Source: Phycisphaeraceae bacterium
GTDB taxonomy: Bacteria > Planctomycetota > Phycisphaerae > Phycisphaerales > Phycisphaeraceae
DNA: 64,000 nt
Reading direction: 5' to 3'
NCBI GenBank assembly: GCA_963674705.1
Contig: OY771506.1
Coordinates: forward strand, 1,696,001-1,760,000
In this document: positions 26,113 through 36,503 of the stretch, one piece after another
How positions within the stretch are numbered: position 1 is the stretch's first letter
How the letters are laid out: every line of letters starts with the position of its first letter
The notes under the pieces: model-generated
The model's input: the letters and a program-made list of their open reading frames with translations, nothing else
The model's database searches: none
What the model was told of the DNA's origin: nothing
Position numbers and translations under genes: made by a program

Positions 26113-29100
26113 ATGGCGCCAAGTAACACGAGTAAAAACAAGCCTTTCGTTCACCTGCACGTACACTCGCAGTATTCGCTGCTGGATGGTGCGTGCAAGA
26201 CGGGGGACCTTGTCAAGCGTGCCAAGGCGCTGGAGCAGCCATCGATCGCGATTACGGATCACGGCTGTTTGTTCGGCGTGGTGGACTTCTATTCCAAGGC
26301 GGTGGCGGCGGGGGTCAAGCCGATCGTCGGGATCGAAGCCTACATGGCGGCCGACTCGCGCAAGAACCGTACGGCTACGGGCGTGAAGGACGGCGGGTAC
26401 CACCTACTGCTGCTTGCTCAGAATCAAGTCGGGTATCAGAACCTGCTCAAACTCGGGTCGATCGCGTATACCGAGGGCTTCTACTACAAGCCACGGATCG
26501 ATAAAGAGGTCTTGCAGCAGTTCAGCGATGGGCTTATCTGCACCAGTGCGTGCTTGGGCGGTGAGATCCCCTCGGCATTGATGAAGGATGACCGGAAACG
26601 CGCCAAGGAGATCGCGGAGATCTATCTCGAGATCTTCGGGCCGGACCGGTTCTTCATCGAACTGCAAAAGCACATCCGCGAGCAGGACCAGGTCAATCCC
26701 GAATTGATGGACCTTGCGGACCGGTTGGGGATCGGCTGTGTCGCGACGAACGATGTGCACTTCCTGCTCGAAGGTGATTATGCGCCGCACGATGCACTGT
26801 GCTGTATTTCGACGGGCAAGCTGGTCAGCGACGAAAGCCGGATGAAGTACCCGAAGGAGTTGTTCCTTAAGAGCAGCTCGCAGATGTACTCGGCGATGGA
26901 CCACCCGAAGTGGATTGAGGCGTGCGAGAACACGCTGCACATCGCGAACATGTGCGAGTTGGAGCTGGACTTCAACGCGAACCATGCGCCTGTGGTGAAG
27001 ATTGATGAGAGGGGATTGGGGGTTGGGGATTCGGGATTGGGTAAGAATGCTGAGGGTGACAATCCCCAGCATCCTATCGGTTCCACGGCTTGGTATCAGA
27101 ACTTCTGCTCGAAGTTTGATCTCGAGCCATTCGACTCGATCAACGATACGCACACGACGGCCGAAGATCTGAAGCGGCAGTGCGACGATGCATTACGAAA
27201 ACTCAGTGAAGCGGGATTGCTTTGGCGTTACGGTGAAGACGGGATCACCGACGAGATCCGTGTACGGCTTGATCGTGAACTAAAGATCCTTGCGGACAAA
27301 TCCATCTCGGCGTACTTCCTGATCGTCTGGGACTTCGTCAACGAAGCGCGGCGGCGCGGGATACCGTGTAACGCGCGTGGTTCGGGCGTCGGGACGATGG
27401 TCGGGTATGTGCTTGGTTTATCCAACGCGTGCCCGGTGCAGTACGGCTTGCTGTTCGAGCGTTTTACCGACCCGGACCGATCGGAATATCCCGACATCGA
27501 TATCGACATCTGCCAGGACGGCCGGCAGGAGATCATTGAATATGTCCGTCAGAAGTACGGGCACGTCGCGCAGATCATCACGTTCGGAACGCTCAAGGCG
27601 CGTGCGGCGATCCGCGATGTGGGTCGCGTGATGGATGTGCCTTTGCCGGAGGTGAACAAGGTCTGTGAACTGATCGGTGACGGGCTTGGCGTGACGCTTG
27701 AAAAGGCGCTGGCGCAGGAGCCGGACCTTGCGAAGCTGTACAAGGACAACCCGACACATAAGCGGATGATCGATACCGCGATGCGTCTGGAAGGCTTGGC
27801 GCGGCACGCGGGTGTGCATGCGGCGGGCGTGGTGCTGGCGACGCAGCCGCTGGACAACATCATCCCGCTGTACAAACCGCCGGGGACGGAACAGATCGTC
27901 ACGCAGTGGGACGGGCCTACGGTTGAGAAGGTCGGCCTATTAAAGATGGACTTCCTCGGCCTGCGCACGCTTTCGATTATTGAGCGTGCGAAGAAGCTGA
28001 TTAAGCAGACGCTGGATGAGCAGACCATCAAGAAGTCTGTGGCATCGGGTATCGGGGCTCGGGTATCGGGTATCGGGAAGGCAGAAGAAGCAGATTCTTC
28101 AATCAATACCGAGCACCCCACACCCCACACCCCACACCCCACACCCGACCCCCTCGACCTTGAACGCCTCAAGTACGACGACCCGAACGTGCTTGCGTTA
28201 TTCCAGCGTGGTGAGACCGCGGGCGTATTCCAGTTTGAATCAGGTGGGATGCGCAACCTGTTGATGGCGATGAAGCCGGATAGGTTGGAAGACCTGATCG
28301 CGGCCAACGCGCTGTATCGGCCCGGGCCGATGGAACTGATCCCGAATTACAACAACCGCAAGCACGGCCGGGAAAGTGTGCCGAAGGTTAATGAGATCGT
28401 CGACCGCCTGACGGATGAGACCTACGGGATCATGGTCTACCAGGAACAGGTCATGCAGGTCGTCAACGAGCTGGGCGATATCCCGCTGCGTTCGGCGTAC
28501 ACACTGATCAAGGCGATCAGTAAGAAGAAAGAAAAGGTCATCAACGCCAACCGCGCCCAGTTTATCGAGGGCGCGAAGCAAAAGGGTGTCAGCGAAAAGC
28601 AGTCAAATGAACTGTTCGACCTGATCCTCAAGTTTGCCGGCTACGGTTTTAATAAGTCGCACTCGACGGGTTACGCGATAGTCGCTTACCAGACGGCGTA
28701 CCTGAAGACGTACTTCCCCGTGCAGTACATGGCTGCACTGCTGACGTATGAATCGGTCAGCACGGAGAAGGTTGTCGAGTACATCGACGAGTGTAAGCGC
28801 GTGATGTGGCCTGATGGGCATCGCGGTATCGAGGTGGGGCAGCCGGACATTAATCTTTCGGATATCGGGTTTACGGTTGTCTTTGAAAAGGATGAACCGC
28901 ATGATGCGAACCACGGGCATATCCGTTTTGGTCTGTCGGCGGTGAAAGGGGTTGGCGAGAAGGCGATCCGGGCGATACTCGAAGTACGTGAGAAGGACGG
29001 GCCATTTAAGAGCCTGTACGACTTCTGCGAACGTGTGCCTTTGGGCTCGGTGAACAAGGCGACGATCGAGGCGCTGATCAAATGCGGAGCGTTCGATGAG

Positions 29101-30081
29101 ATCCATGGCATCGAAAACCGCGCGTCGATGGTGGCGGCGATGGAGGGTGCGATCCAGTCCGGACAGCGTGCCGCTGCGGATCGTGATTCGGGGCAGATGA
29201 ACTTCTTCGGCGGCGGGTTCGGTGAGTCGGCGAGCGAAGCGGTTGAAGCGCCTGAGCCGCAGTTGCCGAAGATCGAGCCCTGGTCGAAGCAGGAATTACT
29301 TAAGCACGAAAAATCCGTGCTCGGTTTCTACGTGTCGAGCCATCCGATGGATGAGCACGCCGATGCGATTCAGCGTTACAGCTCGTGCACGATTGCGGAT
29401 GTCGAGCAGTTGCGAGCCGATACGCAGGTGACGATCGGCGGGATGCTGACGCGCGTCAGGCCTACGTTTACACGTGCATCAGGCAAGAAGATGGCGCATC
29501 TGACGATCGAGGACAAGACCGGGCCGATCGATGCGGTTGTGTTCCCCAAGACATACGATGTCGTCGCGCCGCTGCTTGAGAACGACAAGATCGTGTTCCT
29601 GCTGGCCAAGGTGGATCGCAAGCGCGAGACGCCGCAGTTGCTTGTGGATGATGTGATCCCGATCGAGCGTGCGGCGGAGCGGTTGACACGCGCGGTGAAG
29701 ATCACGATGCGCGGTGATGGTGATGCGTTCAACGGCGAGCTGACTCAGTTGCGAGAAGTGCTTCGGATGGCGGCCAACCGTGGCCAGCCGCACGCGGAAG
29801 TTTTGATCGAGCTGCATCAGAACAAGAAGGTCGTGACGCTGCGTTTGCCATCAAGCATGCGTGTGTGTGTCGATGAACACCTGACGCACGGCATCACCGC
29901 CACGCTTAACCGGCACGTCAAGGGGCAGGCTGATTGTGAATTGATCGGCCCGCCGAAGCTCATTACGAATGTTATACCAAGCGAACTGTTGCATGATGCG
30001 AGCCAGGACACGGGCCCGGTGCTTGCGATGACGTCCAACGTGCAGGGCGAAGAAGTCTGCGCCAGCATCGATCGATATTGA
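26113..30081 (+). CDS. dnaE: DNA polymerase III alpha subunit
   Basis: FVHLHVHSQYSLLDG, PDIDID, KMDFLGL, GYGFNKSH; two low-complexity insertions. Confidence 0.97.
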   Translation: MAPSNTSKNKPFVHLHVHSQYSLLDGACKTGDLVKRAKALEQPSIAITDHGCLFGVVDFYSKAVAAGVKPIVGIEAYMAADSRKNRTATGVKDGGYHLLLLAQNQVGYQNLLKLGSIAYTEGFYYKPRIDKEVLQQFSDGLICTSACLGGEIPSALMKDDRKRAKEIAEIYLEIFGPDRFFIELQKHIREQDQVNPELMDLADRLGIGCVATNDVHFLLEGDYAPHDALCCISTGKLVSDESRMKYPKELFLKSSSQMYSAMDHPKWIEACENTLHIANMCELELDFNANHAPVVKIDERGLGVGDSGLGKNAEGDNPQHPIGSTAWYQNFCSKFDLEPFDSINDTHTTAEDLKRQCDDALRKLSEAGLLWRYGEDGITDEIRVRLDRELKILADKSISAYFLIVWDFVNEARRRGIPCNARGSGVGTMVGYVLGLSNACPVQYGLLFERFTDPDRSEYPDIDIDICQDGRQEIIEYVRQKYGHVAQIITFGTLKARAAIRDVGRVMDVPLPEVNKVCELIGDGLGVTLEKALAQEPDLAKLYKDNPTHKRMIDTAMRLEGLARHAGVHAAGVVLATQPLDNIIPLYKPPGTEQIVTQWDGPTVEKVGLLKMDFLGLRTLSIIERAKKLIKQTLDEQTIKKSVASGIGARVSGIGKAEEADSSINTEHPTPHTPHPTPDPLDLERLKYDDPNVLALFQRGETAGVFQFESGGMRNLLMAMKPDRLEDLIAANALYRPGPMELIPNYNNRKHGRESVPKVNEIVDRLTDETYGIMVYQEQVMQVVNELGDIPLRSAYTLIKAISKKKEKVINANRAQFIEGAKQKGVSEKQSNELFDLILKFAGYGFNKSHSTGYAIVAYQTAYLKTYFPVQYMAALLTYESVSTEKVVEYIDECKRVMWPDGHRGIEVGQPDINLSDIGFTVVFEKDEPHDANHGHIRFGLSAVKGVGEKAIRAILEVREKDGPFKSLYDFCERVPLGSVNKATIEALIKCGAFDEIHGIENRASMVAAMEGAIQSGQRAAADRDSGQMNFFGGGFGESASEAVEAPEPQLPKIEPWSKQELLKHEKSVLGFYVSSHPMDEHADAIQRYSSCTIADVEQLRADTQVTIGGMLTRVRPTFTRASGKKMAHLTIEDKTGPIDAVVFPKTYDVVAPLLENDKIVFLLAKVDRKRETPQLLVDDVIPIERAAERLTRAVKITMRGDGDAFNGELTQLREVLRMAANRGQPHAEVLIELHQNKKVVTLRLPSSMRVCVDEHLTHGITATLNRHVKGQADCELIGPPKLITNVIPSELLHDASQDTGPVLAMTSNVQGEEVCASIDRY

Positions 30082-30268
30082 TCGACATTTTCTCATGGTT
30101 AACAAGTTAACACGTGTCATTAACCATCTCTGTGATCGACCGCGTGATATTGAATTAGTCTAAACACCGCAATGGGCGGGATATTACCGGTTTCCTGTTT
30201 GGTGATAGAAGTTATACTGGTTGTCCGTATCAGCCCATCACCTGGAAGCATTCTGCAAAGGGCACGCC

Positions 30269-31504
30269 ATGCGAAAAGTTCTCTACCTGTTACCCATTCT
30301 GGTCGCGTTGGTGCTTGGCGGTGTTTTGTTATCGATCAAGCTGGAAGACTGGAAAGCCAAATCATCAGCCGAGGCCCCGCCTGAGAAGGTAACGGTGCAC
30401 TTCGTGGTGAAGGTTCCACCGGAGACGCCGCGCTATCAGAAGCTCTATCTTTCAGGCAACGTAACGGAGTTGGGCTCCTGGCGTGCCGAGGGGTTGGAGC
30501 TTAAGAAAGAAGACGACGGCCGGTATGCCGTTACGACACAATTGCCGGGTGGTGAAGATATTGAATACAAAATCACACGCGGCTCGTGGAACACGGTAGA
30601 GCGCGGACCGGACGGCGCGGAGATGGAGAACCGTACGCTTACGCCAAAGAAAACCGAATCGGTTGCGATCGAAGTGGCGACGTGGGTCGATCAAGGCAAG
30701 GCCGAACCGGGCAAGAGCACCCTGACGGGTAACATCCGAACGCACGTCGGTTTCCACTCGACCTTACTGGATAACGATCGCACGTTGGCTGTTTACCTGC
30801 CGCCGGGCTATGACGAGAATCCGGACAAGCGTTACCCCGTATTGTACATGCAGGACGGCCAGAACCTGTTTGATACCGCGATGAGTTTTGCGGGCGTTGA
30901 ATGGAACGTGGATGAGACGGCCGAGAAGCTGATCAGTGAAGGCAAGATCGAGCCGGTGATTATCGTGGCGATTTATAACTCGCCTGACCGTACCGAAGAG
31001 TTTACGCCTATCCGCAAGTTCGAATCCGATCCGGTTGCGCGCGGCGTGTACTACGGCTGGTTTGTTGCTTACGAGGTCAAGCGGTTCATCGATAAGACGT
31101 ACCGCACGTTGCCGGACCGCGAACACACCGCCATCGCCGGTTCATCCTTGGGCGGACTGATCGCGTTGGATACCGCACGGGCGCACAATGACATTTTCGG
31201 TGCATGCGTTGCGATGTCACCGGCCTTGTGGTCGGCAGAAGGCGAACTGTTAAGCCAGTGGACTGCCGACAACGACTGGATGACTAACACGAAGTTCTGG
31301 ATCGACATGGGCGAAGGCGAAACCGAAGACTACCCCGCCGGCGAGGCGGTCCCCCACCTGCAAACCCTCGCGTCCACGATGCAATCCGCCGGGCTTGTGA
31401 AAGACAAGGACTATGTCGAACTTGTAGTTGAAGGCGAAGAACAAAACGAAGCCGCTTGGTCGAAACGGTTCGGCGATGTGTTGATGTTCTTGTATGGGAA
31501 GTAA
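30269..31504 (+). CDS. Alpha/beta hydrolase (esterase) with N-terminal CBM20-like domain
   Basis: N-terminal TM, LSGNVTELGSW..EYKITRGSW..VE, YPVLYMQDGQNLF, GSSLGG. Confidence 0.88.
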   Translation: MRKVLYLLPILVALVLGGVLLSIKLEDWKAKSSAEAPPEKVTVHFVVKVPPETPRYQKLYLSGNVTELGSWRAEGLELKKEDDGRYAVTTQLPGGEDIEYKITRGSWNTVERGPDGAEMENRTLTPKKTESVAIEVATWVDQGKAEPGKSTLTGNIRTHVGFHSTLLDNDRTLAVYLPPGYDENPDKRYPVLYMQDGQNLFDTAMSFAGVEWNVDETAEKLISEGKIEPVIIVAIYNSPDRTEEFTPIRKFESDPVARGVYYGWFVAYEVKRFIDKTYRTLPDREHTAIAGSSLGGLIALDTARAHNDIFGACVAMSPALWSAEGELLSQWTADNDWMTNTKFWIDMGEGETEDYPAGEAVPHLQTLASTMQSAGLVKDKDYVELVVEGEEQNEAAWSKRFGDVLMFLYGK

Positions 31505-31521
31505 TCGCATTGACCTTACCA

Positions 31522-31762
31522 ATAGCCCCACGCGGAAGCGTGGGGTTGAGTGTGTGAGAATGCTTGCAGACAGGCCCTTTGCTTTCTGATGAATGACCTC
31601 AACTGCCCCCATGATTTGCGCTGACATCATGTCACGCTTCAATGCGGTGACTTTCAGTTGAATTAATTTCCGGACAAAGGGGGATCCATTCGTAACGAGT
31701 TATCTCCCGTTTAGCCCGAGCGGCTACGCCCGGGTTCCGCCGCGTGTCCGCTGCGGCTAAAC
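31522..31762. repeat. REP-like palindromes between convergent genes
   Basis: tagccccacgcggaagcgtggggtt (~31523-31547); cccgtttagccc...gcggctaaac (~31706-31762), echoed by ccgctaaacggg near 455. Confidence 0.55.
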
Positions 31763-31840
31763 ATGCTCGTTACAGGTGGCTTGGGGATGATCTGAAACTT
31801 GGGGCTCACTATTTGTCGCACTGCGGCTGTGAAAGTGTGT

Positions 31841-32959
31841 TTATACACGCAAATCGATCAGCACATCATCGCCTAATTGTTCGACCGCTCGCAGTGTCAG
31901 TTGTTTTGAATCCGCGATGCTTTCGCAGGACATGCCTGTTACGGCATCTAAGGCATTTGCATCGCCGACGACTTTCGGGGCGATGAAGGTCAGGACCTGA
32001 TCGGCGAGGTTCTGTTGCAGCAATGCGCCGGATAGATGGGCGCCGCCTTCGGTAAAAACATTCATGGCTCGGTGTGTCTGACTGAGGTGCTCGAGCAAGG
32101 GGCGCAGGTCGAGTTGCTTGTCGGTGCCGGGTAACGTGGGCAGGCCGAGCAGTTCGACGCCTTTGTCGGCCATGGCTTTTAGGCGGTCGGATTCATTGTC
32201 GAACAGCTTCTCATGAATCGCGATCGTCAGCGGGGCCTGGTCGAGTGTGTTCAGCAGGTTGCATTCTTCAGGCAGGCTCAGGCGGGGATCGATCACGACG
32301 CGTCTTGCGATGCGTTTGACTTCGACATCGCGTGCGGTGAGAGTCGGGTTGTCAGCGCGGACGGTGCCGATGCCGACGATGATGGCGTCGACGCGGGCGC
32401 GGACCTCGTGGACGCGTTTTCGGGATTGTTCGTTGCTGATCCACTTGCTGTCGCCGGTGCGGGTGGCGGTTTTGCCGTCGAGGGTTTGTGCCCATTTGAC
32501 GATGGTCCAGGGCAAGCCGGTCCGGCCTCGTTTCAGGTACGCCTCGGCAAGTTGCTCGGCTTGCTCACGGCAGATGCCGACTTCGACCTCGATCCCGGCT
32601 TCACGGAGCATCGGCACCCCCCCGCCGGCGACGGGCTCGAACTCGTCCGCTATGGCGATGACGACGCGTTTGATGCCCGCCTCGATCACGGCCTTGGCGC
32701 AGGGCGGCTGCTTGCCGTAGTGGCAGCAGGGTTCGAGTGTGACGTAAATGGTTGCACCTGCTGGATCAATGCCATTTTGCCGGCACTGTTCAAAAGCTTC
32801 GGCTTCGGCGTGCAGGCCGCCGTATCGGCCGTGGAACCCGCGAGCGAGGACTTTATCGTCTCGCACGATCACCGCACCGACCATCGGATTGGGTTCGACC
32901 GAGCCCTGCCCTTGCCGGGCCAGGCGGATCGCTTCGAGCATGAAGTCTTCGTCACGCAT
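31841..32959 (-). CDS. ribD: Riboflavin biosynthesis deaminase/reductase
   Basis: PNPMVGAV, HAE, VTLEPCCH..PPC, KWAQTLDG, EGG. Confidence 0.96.
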   Translation of the reverse strand: MRDEDFMLEAIRLARQGQGSVEPNPMVGAVIVRDDKVLARGFHGRYGGLHAEAEAFEQCRQNGIDPAGATIYVTLEPCCHYGKQPPCAKAVIEAGIKRVVIAIADEFEPVAGGGVPMLREAGIEVEVGICREQAEQLAEAYLKRGRTGLPWTIVKWAQTLDGKTATRTGDSKWISNEQSRKRVHEVRARVDAIIVGIGTVRADNPTLTARDVEVKRIARRVVIDPRLSLPEECNLLNTLDQAPLTIAIHEKLFDNESDRLKAMADKGVELLGLPTLPGTDKQLDLRPLLEHLSQTHRAMNVFTEGGAHLSGALLQQNLADQVLTFIAPKVVGDANALDAVTGMSCESIADSKQLTLRAVEQLGDDVLIDLRV

Positions 32960-33018
32960 GTCGCCATGATATAGTGATAGAGAACTAAAACCATCCAACC
33001 CGGGCGATAAGGGGCTCA

Positions 33019-33972
33019 ATGATGAAGTGGATCGTAAGGATCGGAATCCTGCTGGTACTGGTTGTCGTGGTGCTTGCCGTGGTCGGCTACGTCATGATCG
33101 ACAAGATCACCAAGACCGCGATCGAGAAAGGCGGCACCTACGCGATGGGCGTCGAGACTAAACTCGATGACGTGAGTATGGGCCTGTTTTCCGGCGAGAT
33201 GTCCATGAACGGGCTGTCGGTTGCGAACCCCGAAGGATTCAACGCCGAGCACTTCCTCAAGCTAGGCGATGGCCACGTCAAGGTGACGGTTGGTTCGTTG
33301 ATGAGCGACAAGGTCGAGGTACCCACGCTTAATCTCAACGATATCGAGATCGTGCTGGAAAAAAACAAGGGTAAGGCCAATTACGACGTGATTCTTGAGA
33401 ATCTTGCCAAACTCGGCGGCGAAGATGAAGGGGCCGTGCAAGATACCGAAGAAGGCAAGAAGTTTGTCGTCAATGAGCTTTTGATCACGAACGTGAAGGT
33501 CAAGGCCGAGGTGGTCGGGGACCTGTCTACCACCATCGAGATCCCCGAAATCAAACTCACCGATATCGGCAGCGACAGCGATAAGGGCGTACTGCTGAAG
33601 GACCTGAGCGGTATCGTCGTGGCGGCGATCCTCAAGAGCGTGGCGAGTCTGCCGGGTGACCTGTTGCCCGGTGATATCGGCCAGGGTCTGCAAGGCGGCC
33701 TCGAAGCCATCGGTGGACTGGGCGAATTCAGTGTTCAGGTGATCGGTGATGTCACCAACGCGGCAGGCGAAGTGGTGGCCGAGGCCGGCAAGATTGTAGG
33801 TGAGGCGGCAGAGAAACTCGGCGAAGGTGTCGAAGGCGTCGGCGAAGCAGCCAAAGGCATCGGCGAAGGGGCCGGCAAAGCCGTGGAAGGCATCGGTGAA
33901 GGGATTGGTGGCTTACTCGGTGGCAAGAAGAAAGAGGAATCCAAGGATTCGGACACGGATTCCAAAGAGTAG
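33019..33972 (+). CDS. AsmA/DUF748-like membrane-anchored protein with Gly/Glu-rich tail
   Basis: N-terminal TM, LSVANPEGF motif, repetitive GEG C-terminus. Confidence 0.7.
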   Translation: MMKWIVRIGILLVLVVVVLAVVGYVMIDKITKTAIEKGGTYAMGVETKLDDVSMGLFSGEMSMNGLSVANPEGFNAEHFLKLGDGHVKVTVGSLMSDKVEVPTLNLNDIEIVLEKNKGKANYDVILENLAKLGGEDEGAVQDTEEGKKFVVNELLITNVKVKAEVVGDLSTTIEIPEIKLTDIGSDSDKGVLLKDLSGIVVAAILKSVASLPGDLLPGDIGQGLQGGLEAIGGLGEFSVQVIGDVTNAAGEVVAEAGKIVGEAAEKLGEGVEGVGEAAKGIGEGAGKAVEGIGEGIGGLLGGKKKEESKDSDTDSKE

Positions 33973-34205
33973 CGACCGATTGACCCGTTAAATCCAGGCA
34001 ACTCATCGGGGGAAGCTATCCACTGGTCATGCCTTGGTTTCAGTGATTTATGCACTGGAGACCAGCAATATATTATCACCCGGACCCAAACCCCTTAATT
34101 ACTGAAAACAAACATCTTATGGATTATTATGCAGAATAATATGCATCTGTCGTGTAAAATGGGGCTTTAAGTTATAGAATATTAAGGTATACTTCCTATA
34201 TCTGA

Positions 34206-35342
34206 ATGGATGCAACAGAGTCCAGGTTGATTGCTGGTTGTATGACTGGCACGAGTTTGGACGGATTGGATGCATCTCTGGTCGAGGTGACCGGGCGTGG
34301 CCTGGGAATGTCGGCCAGGCTGATCGGAATGGTCAGCTTCAGTTTACAGGGTTTGGCGGATGTGCTGAGCCCGATGACGGAAGGCAAACCGCACTCACCA
34401 TTGGATTACTTGTGTGCGGCCAGACAATTAGGCGAGCTGCATGCGGACGCGGTCGATGCATTATGCCGTGCTCATTTGCCGGCGGATAGACGTCTAAGCA
34501 TGGTGGTGGCTCATGGTCAGACGATCTGGCATGCACCCAAGTCGGGTGTGAGCTGGCAGTTATTTGACCCTGAGCCAGTCGTTCGACGATTAAGCGTGCC
34601 GGTATGTTTCAACCTGCGACAGGCGGACCTGATCGCGGGTGGAGAAGGCGCACCGATCACGCCGATCAGCGATTGGGTGATGTTTCGTCATCCGGATCGT
34701 GACCGAGTGATTATCAACCTGGGTGGGATCAGTAACGTGACCCACCTGGCTGGCGGAGGATCGCCGGAACAGATATTGGGTGGGGACCTCGGCCCCTGCA
34801 ACCTGCTGATTGATGGTGTGGTACGACGTTTGTACCCGGAACAGCGTTTCGACACGGATGGCAAGATTGCCCGGCAAGGACGTATTGATTCGGAGGTTTT
34901 AGGCTTGATTGAGCGTCATCCGGCATTCCAATCACAAGCCAAGCGCTCATTGGGGCGTGAAGACTTTACCGTCGGCTGGGTAAATGACCTGGTTGATCGG
35001 CTTTCAGTTTCGTTATTACCCGCCGACATTGTTGCATCGGTGGTAGATGCGGTGGCTCGTTTAGTAGGGAAGTCACCTATGGTCCGGGCGGATGAGGCGG
35101 TGCTTGCCGGTGGCGGAGCACGGAATGCTTTTTTAGTTCAGAGATTTGCGGACACTTTGCCTGTGACAAACGTCTTATTGTCGGACAAGCTTGGTATTCC
35201 GATCGAGGCCAGAGAGTCTGCGGGTTTTGCCGTGTTAGGGGCACTATGTGAGGATCGGGTCCCGATCTGCCTGCCACAGATCACTGGATCGAAGTGTCCC
35301 GGTGTATCCGGGCATTGGGTTCTGCCGGGAGTTACAATGTGA
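34206..35342 (+). CDS. anmK: Anhydro-N-acetylmuramic acid kinase
   Basis: GCMTGTSLDGLD, HGQTIWH, DLIAGGEGAP, NLGGISN, GGGARN. Confidence 0.93.
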   Translation: MDATESRLIAGCMTGTSLDGLDASLVEVTGRGLGMSARLIGMVSFSLQGLADVLSPMTEGKPHSPLDYLCAARQLGELHADAVDALCRAHLPADRRLSMVVAHGQTIWHAPKSGVSWQLFDPEPVVRRLSVPVCFNLRQADLIAGGEGAPITPISDWVMFRHPDRDRVIINLGGISNVTHLAGGGSPEQILGGDLGPCNLLIDGVVRRLYPEQRFDTDGKIARQGRIDSEVLGLIERHPAFQSQAKRSLGREDFTVGWVNDLVDRLSVSLLPADIVASVVDAVARLVGKSPMVRADEAVLAGGGARNAFLVQRFADTLPVTNVLLSDKLGIPIEARESAGFAVLGALCEDRVPICLPQITGSKCPGVSGHWVLPGVTM

Positions 35343-36334
35343 TTAAGACTAACGTGAAAGAACTACCCAACCGTGGCCACCTGACGACCGAACAGCGCAG
35401 CCCAGCGTCTGCGGCGTTAGATAACGTCTCGACCGAATCGGCTTTGCGCATCATGAATGCGCAGGACATGGACGTAGCGGTCGCTGTGAAGGAAGCGATT
35501 CCATCAATCGCCAAGACGGTTGATGATATTGTCAAAGGCATGCGCCACGGCGGCCGGCTGGTTTATATCGGTGCAGGCACATCCGGTCGGCTCGGTGTGC
35601 TGGACGCCAGCGAAATCCCCCCCACTTTCCAGGCAGACCCCAATCAGGTTATCGGCATCATTGCCGGCGGCGACACGTCCCTGCGTAAAAGCAGCGAAGG
35701 CAAAGAAGACGACTTTAACGGCGCCGTCCCGGAACTCGAAAAACTTAATCTCGGTCCCAATGATACTTTGATCGGCATCGCTGCCGGCGGAACGACGCCT
35801 TACGTCTGGGGGGGTATCCACTACGCCAAGACATGCGGCGCAACAACCGCGATCATCTGCTGCGTCCCGGTCAAGGCGCTGCTTCGTCGTAAGAAAGCAC
35901 CGGTGGTGACCGGCAACGGTGTCGTCAACACGCCCCCGCCACCGAGTCTGCCGGCTGAAATCGATCACCAGATCGAACTGATCGTCGGGCCTGAAGTCGT
36001 TACCGGCTCGACACGCCTTAAAGCAGGGACCGCGACCAAGCTTGCCCTGAACATGCTTACCACCATCACGATGGTGCAGCTTGGCAAGGTCTGGGGCAAT
36101 CTCATGGTCGATCTGCGTGCTTCCAACGCCAAGCTCACCGACCGCGCGATACGCATCATCTGCTCGCAAACAGATCTGGATCGGCCCAAGGCCGCGGAAC
36201 TGTTGTCTCGTGCCAACGGCCTGGTCAAGACTGCTTTGGTTATGGAACTGCGGAGCATTAGCGCCGAGCAAGCCAACCGCCTGCTTCAAGAGCATAATGG
36301 TCAGCTACGACCGATCCTCGGTCCGCCGCGGTAA
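35339..36334 (+). CDS. murQ: N-acetylmuramic acid 6-phosphate etherase
   Basis: GAGTSGRLGVLDASE.PPTF, GPEVVTGSTRLKAGTATK, GNLMVD. Confidence 0.95.
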   Translation: MIKTNVKELPNRGHLTTEQRSPASAALDNVSTESALRIMNAQDMDVAVAVKEAIPSIAKTVDDIVKGMRHGGRLVYIGAGTSGRLGVLDASEIPPTFQADPNQVIGIIAGGDTSLRKSSEGKEDDFNGAVPELEKLNLGPNDTLIGIAAGGTTPYVWGGIHYAKTCGATTAIICCVPVKALLRRKKAPVVTGNGVVNTPPPPSLPAEIDHQIELIVGPEVVTGSTRLKAGTATKLALNMLTTITMVQLGKVWGNLMVDLRASNAKLTDRAIRIICSQTDLDRPKAAELLSRANGLVKTALVMELRSISAEQANRLLQEHNGQLRPILGPPR

Positions 36335-36368
36335 GGAAGTATGAGTCGTAATTGAATGTGAGTTAAAA

Positions 36369-36466
36369 CGGGCCTTGGGTATCACCAAGGCCTGTTTATC
36401 ATTTCGCTGTGTAACACGGGTCTGCGCAAATGAAAAAGCCGCGTAGGCTATTACGCCGACACGGCT
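36369..36466. terminator. Two hairpins between convergent murQ and response regulator
   Basis: gggccttgg..ccaaggcct-gttt; aaaaagccg..cggct. Confidence 0.55.
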
Positions 36467-36503
36467 CGGTTCTCATTTTCCCGGGATCTTCCCTGAAGAT
36501 CAG

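Noticed and set aside
27005..28152. Inteins in DnaE
   Set aside because: Insertions are short and lack N-terminal Cys/Ser blocks and His-Asn ends
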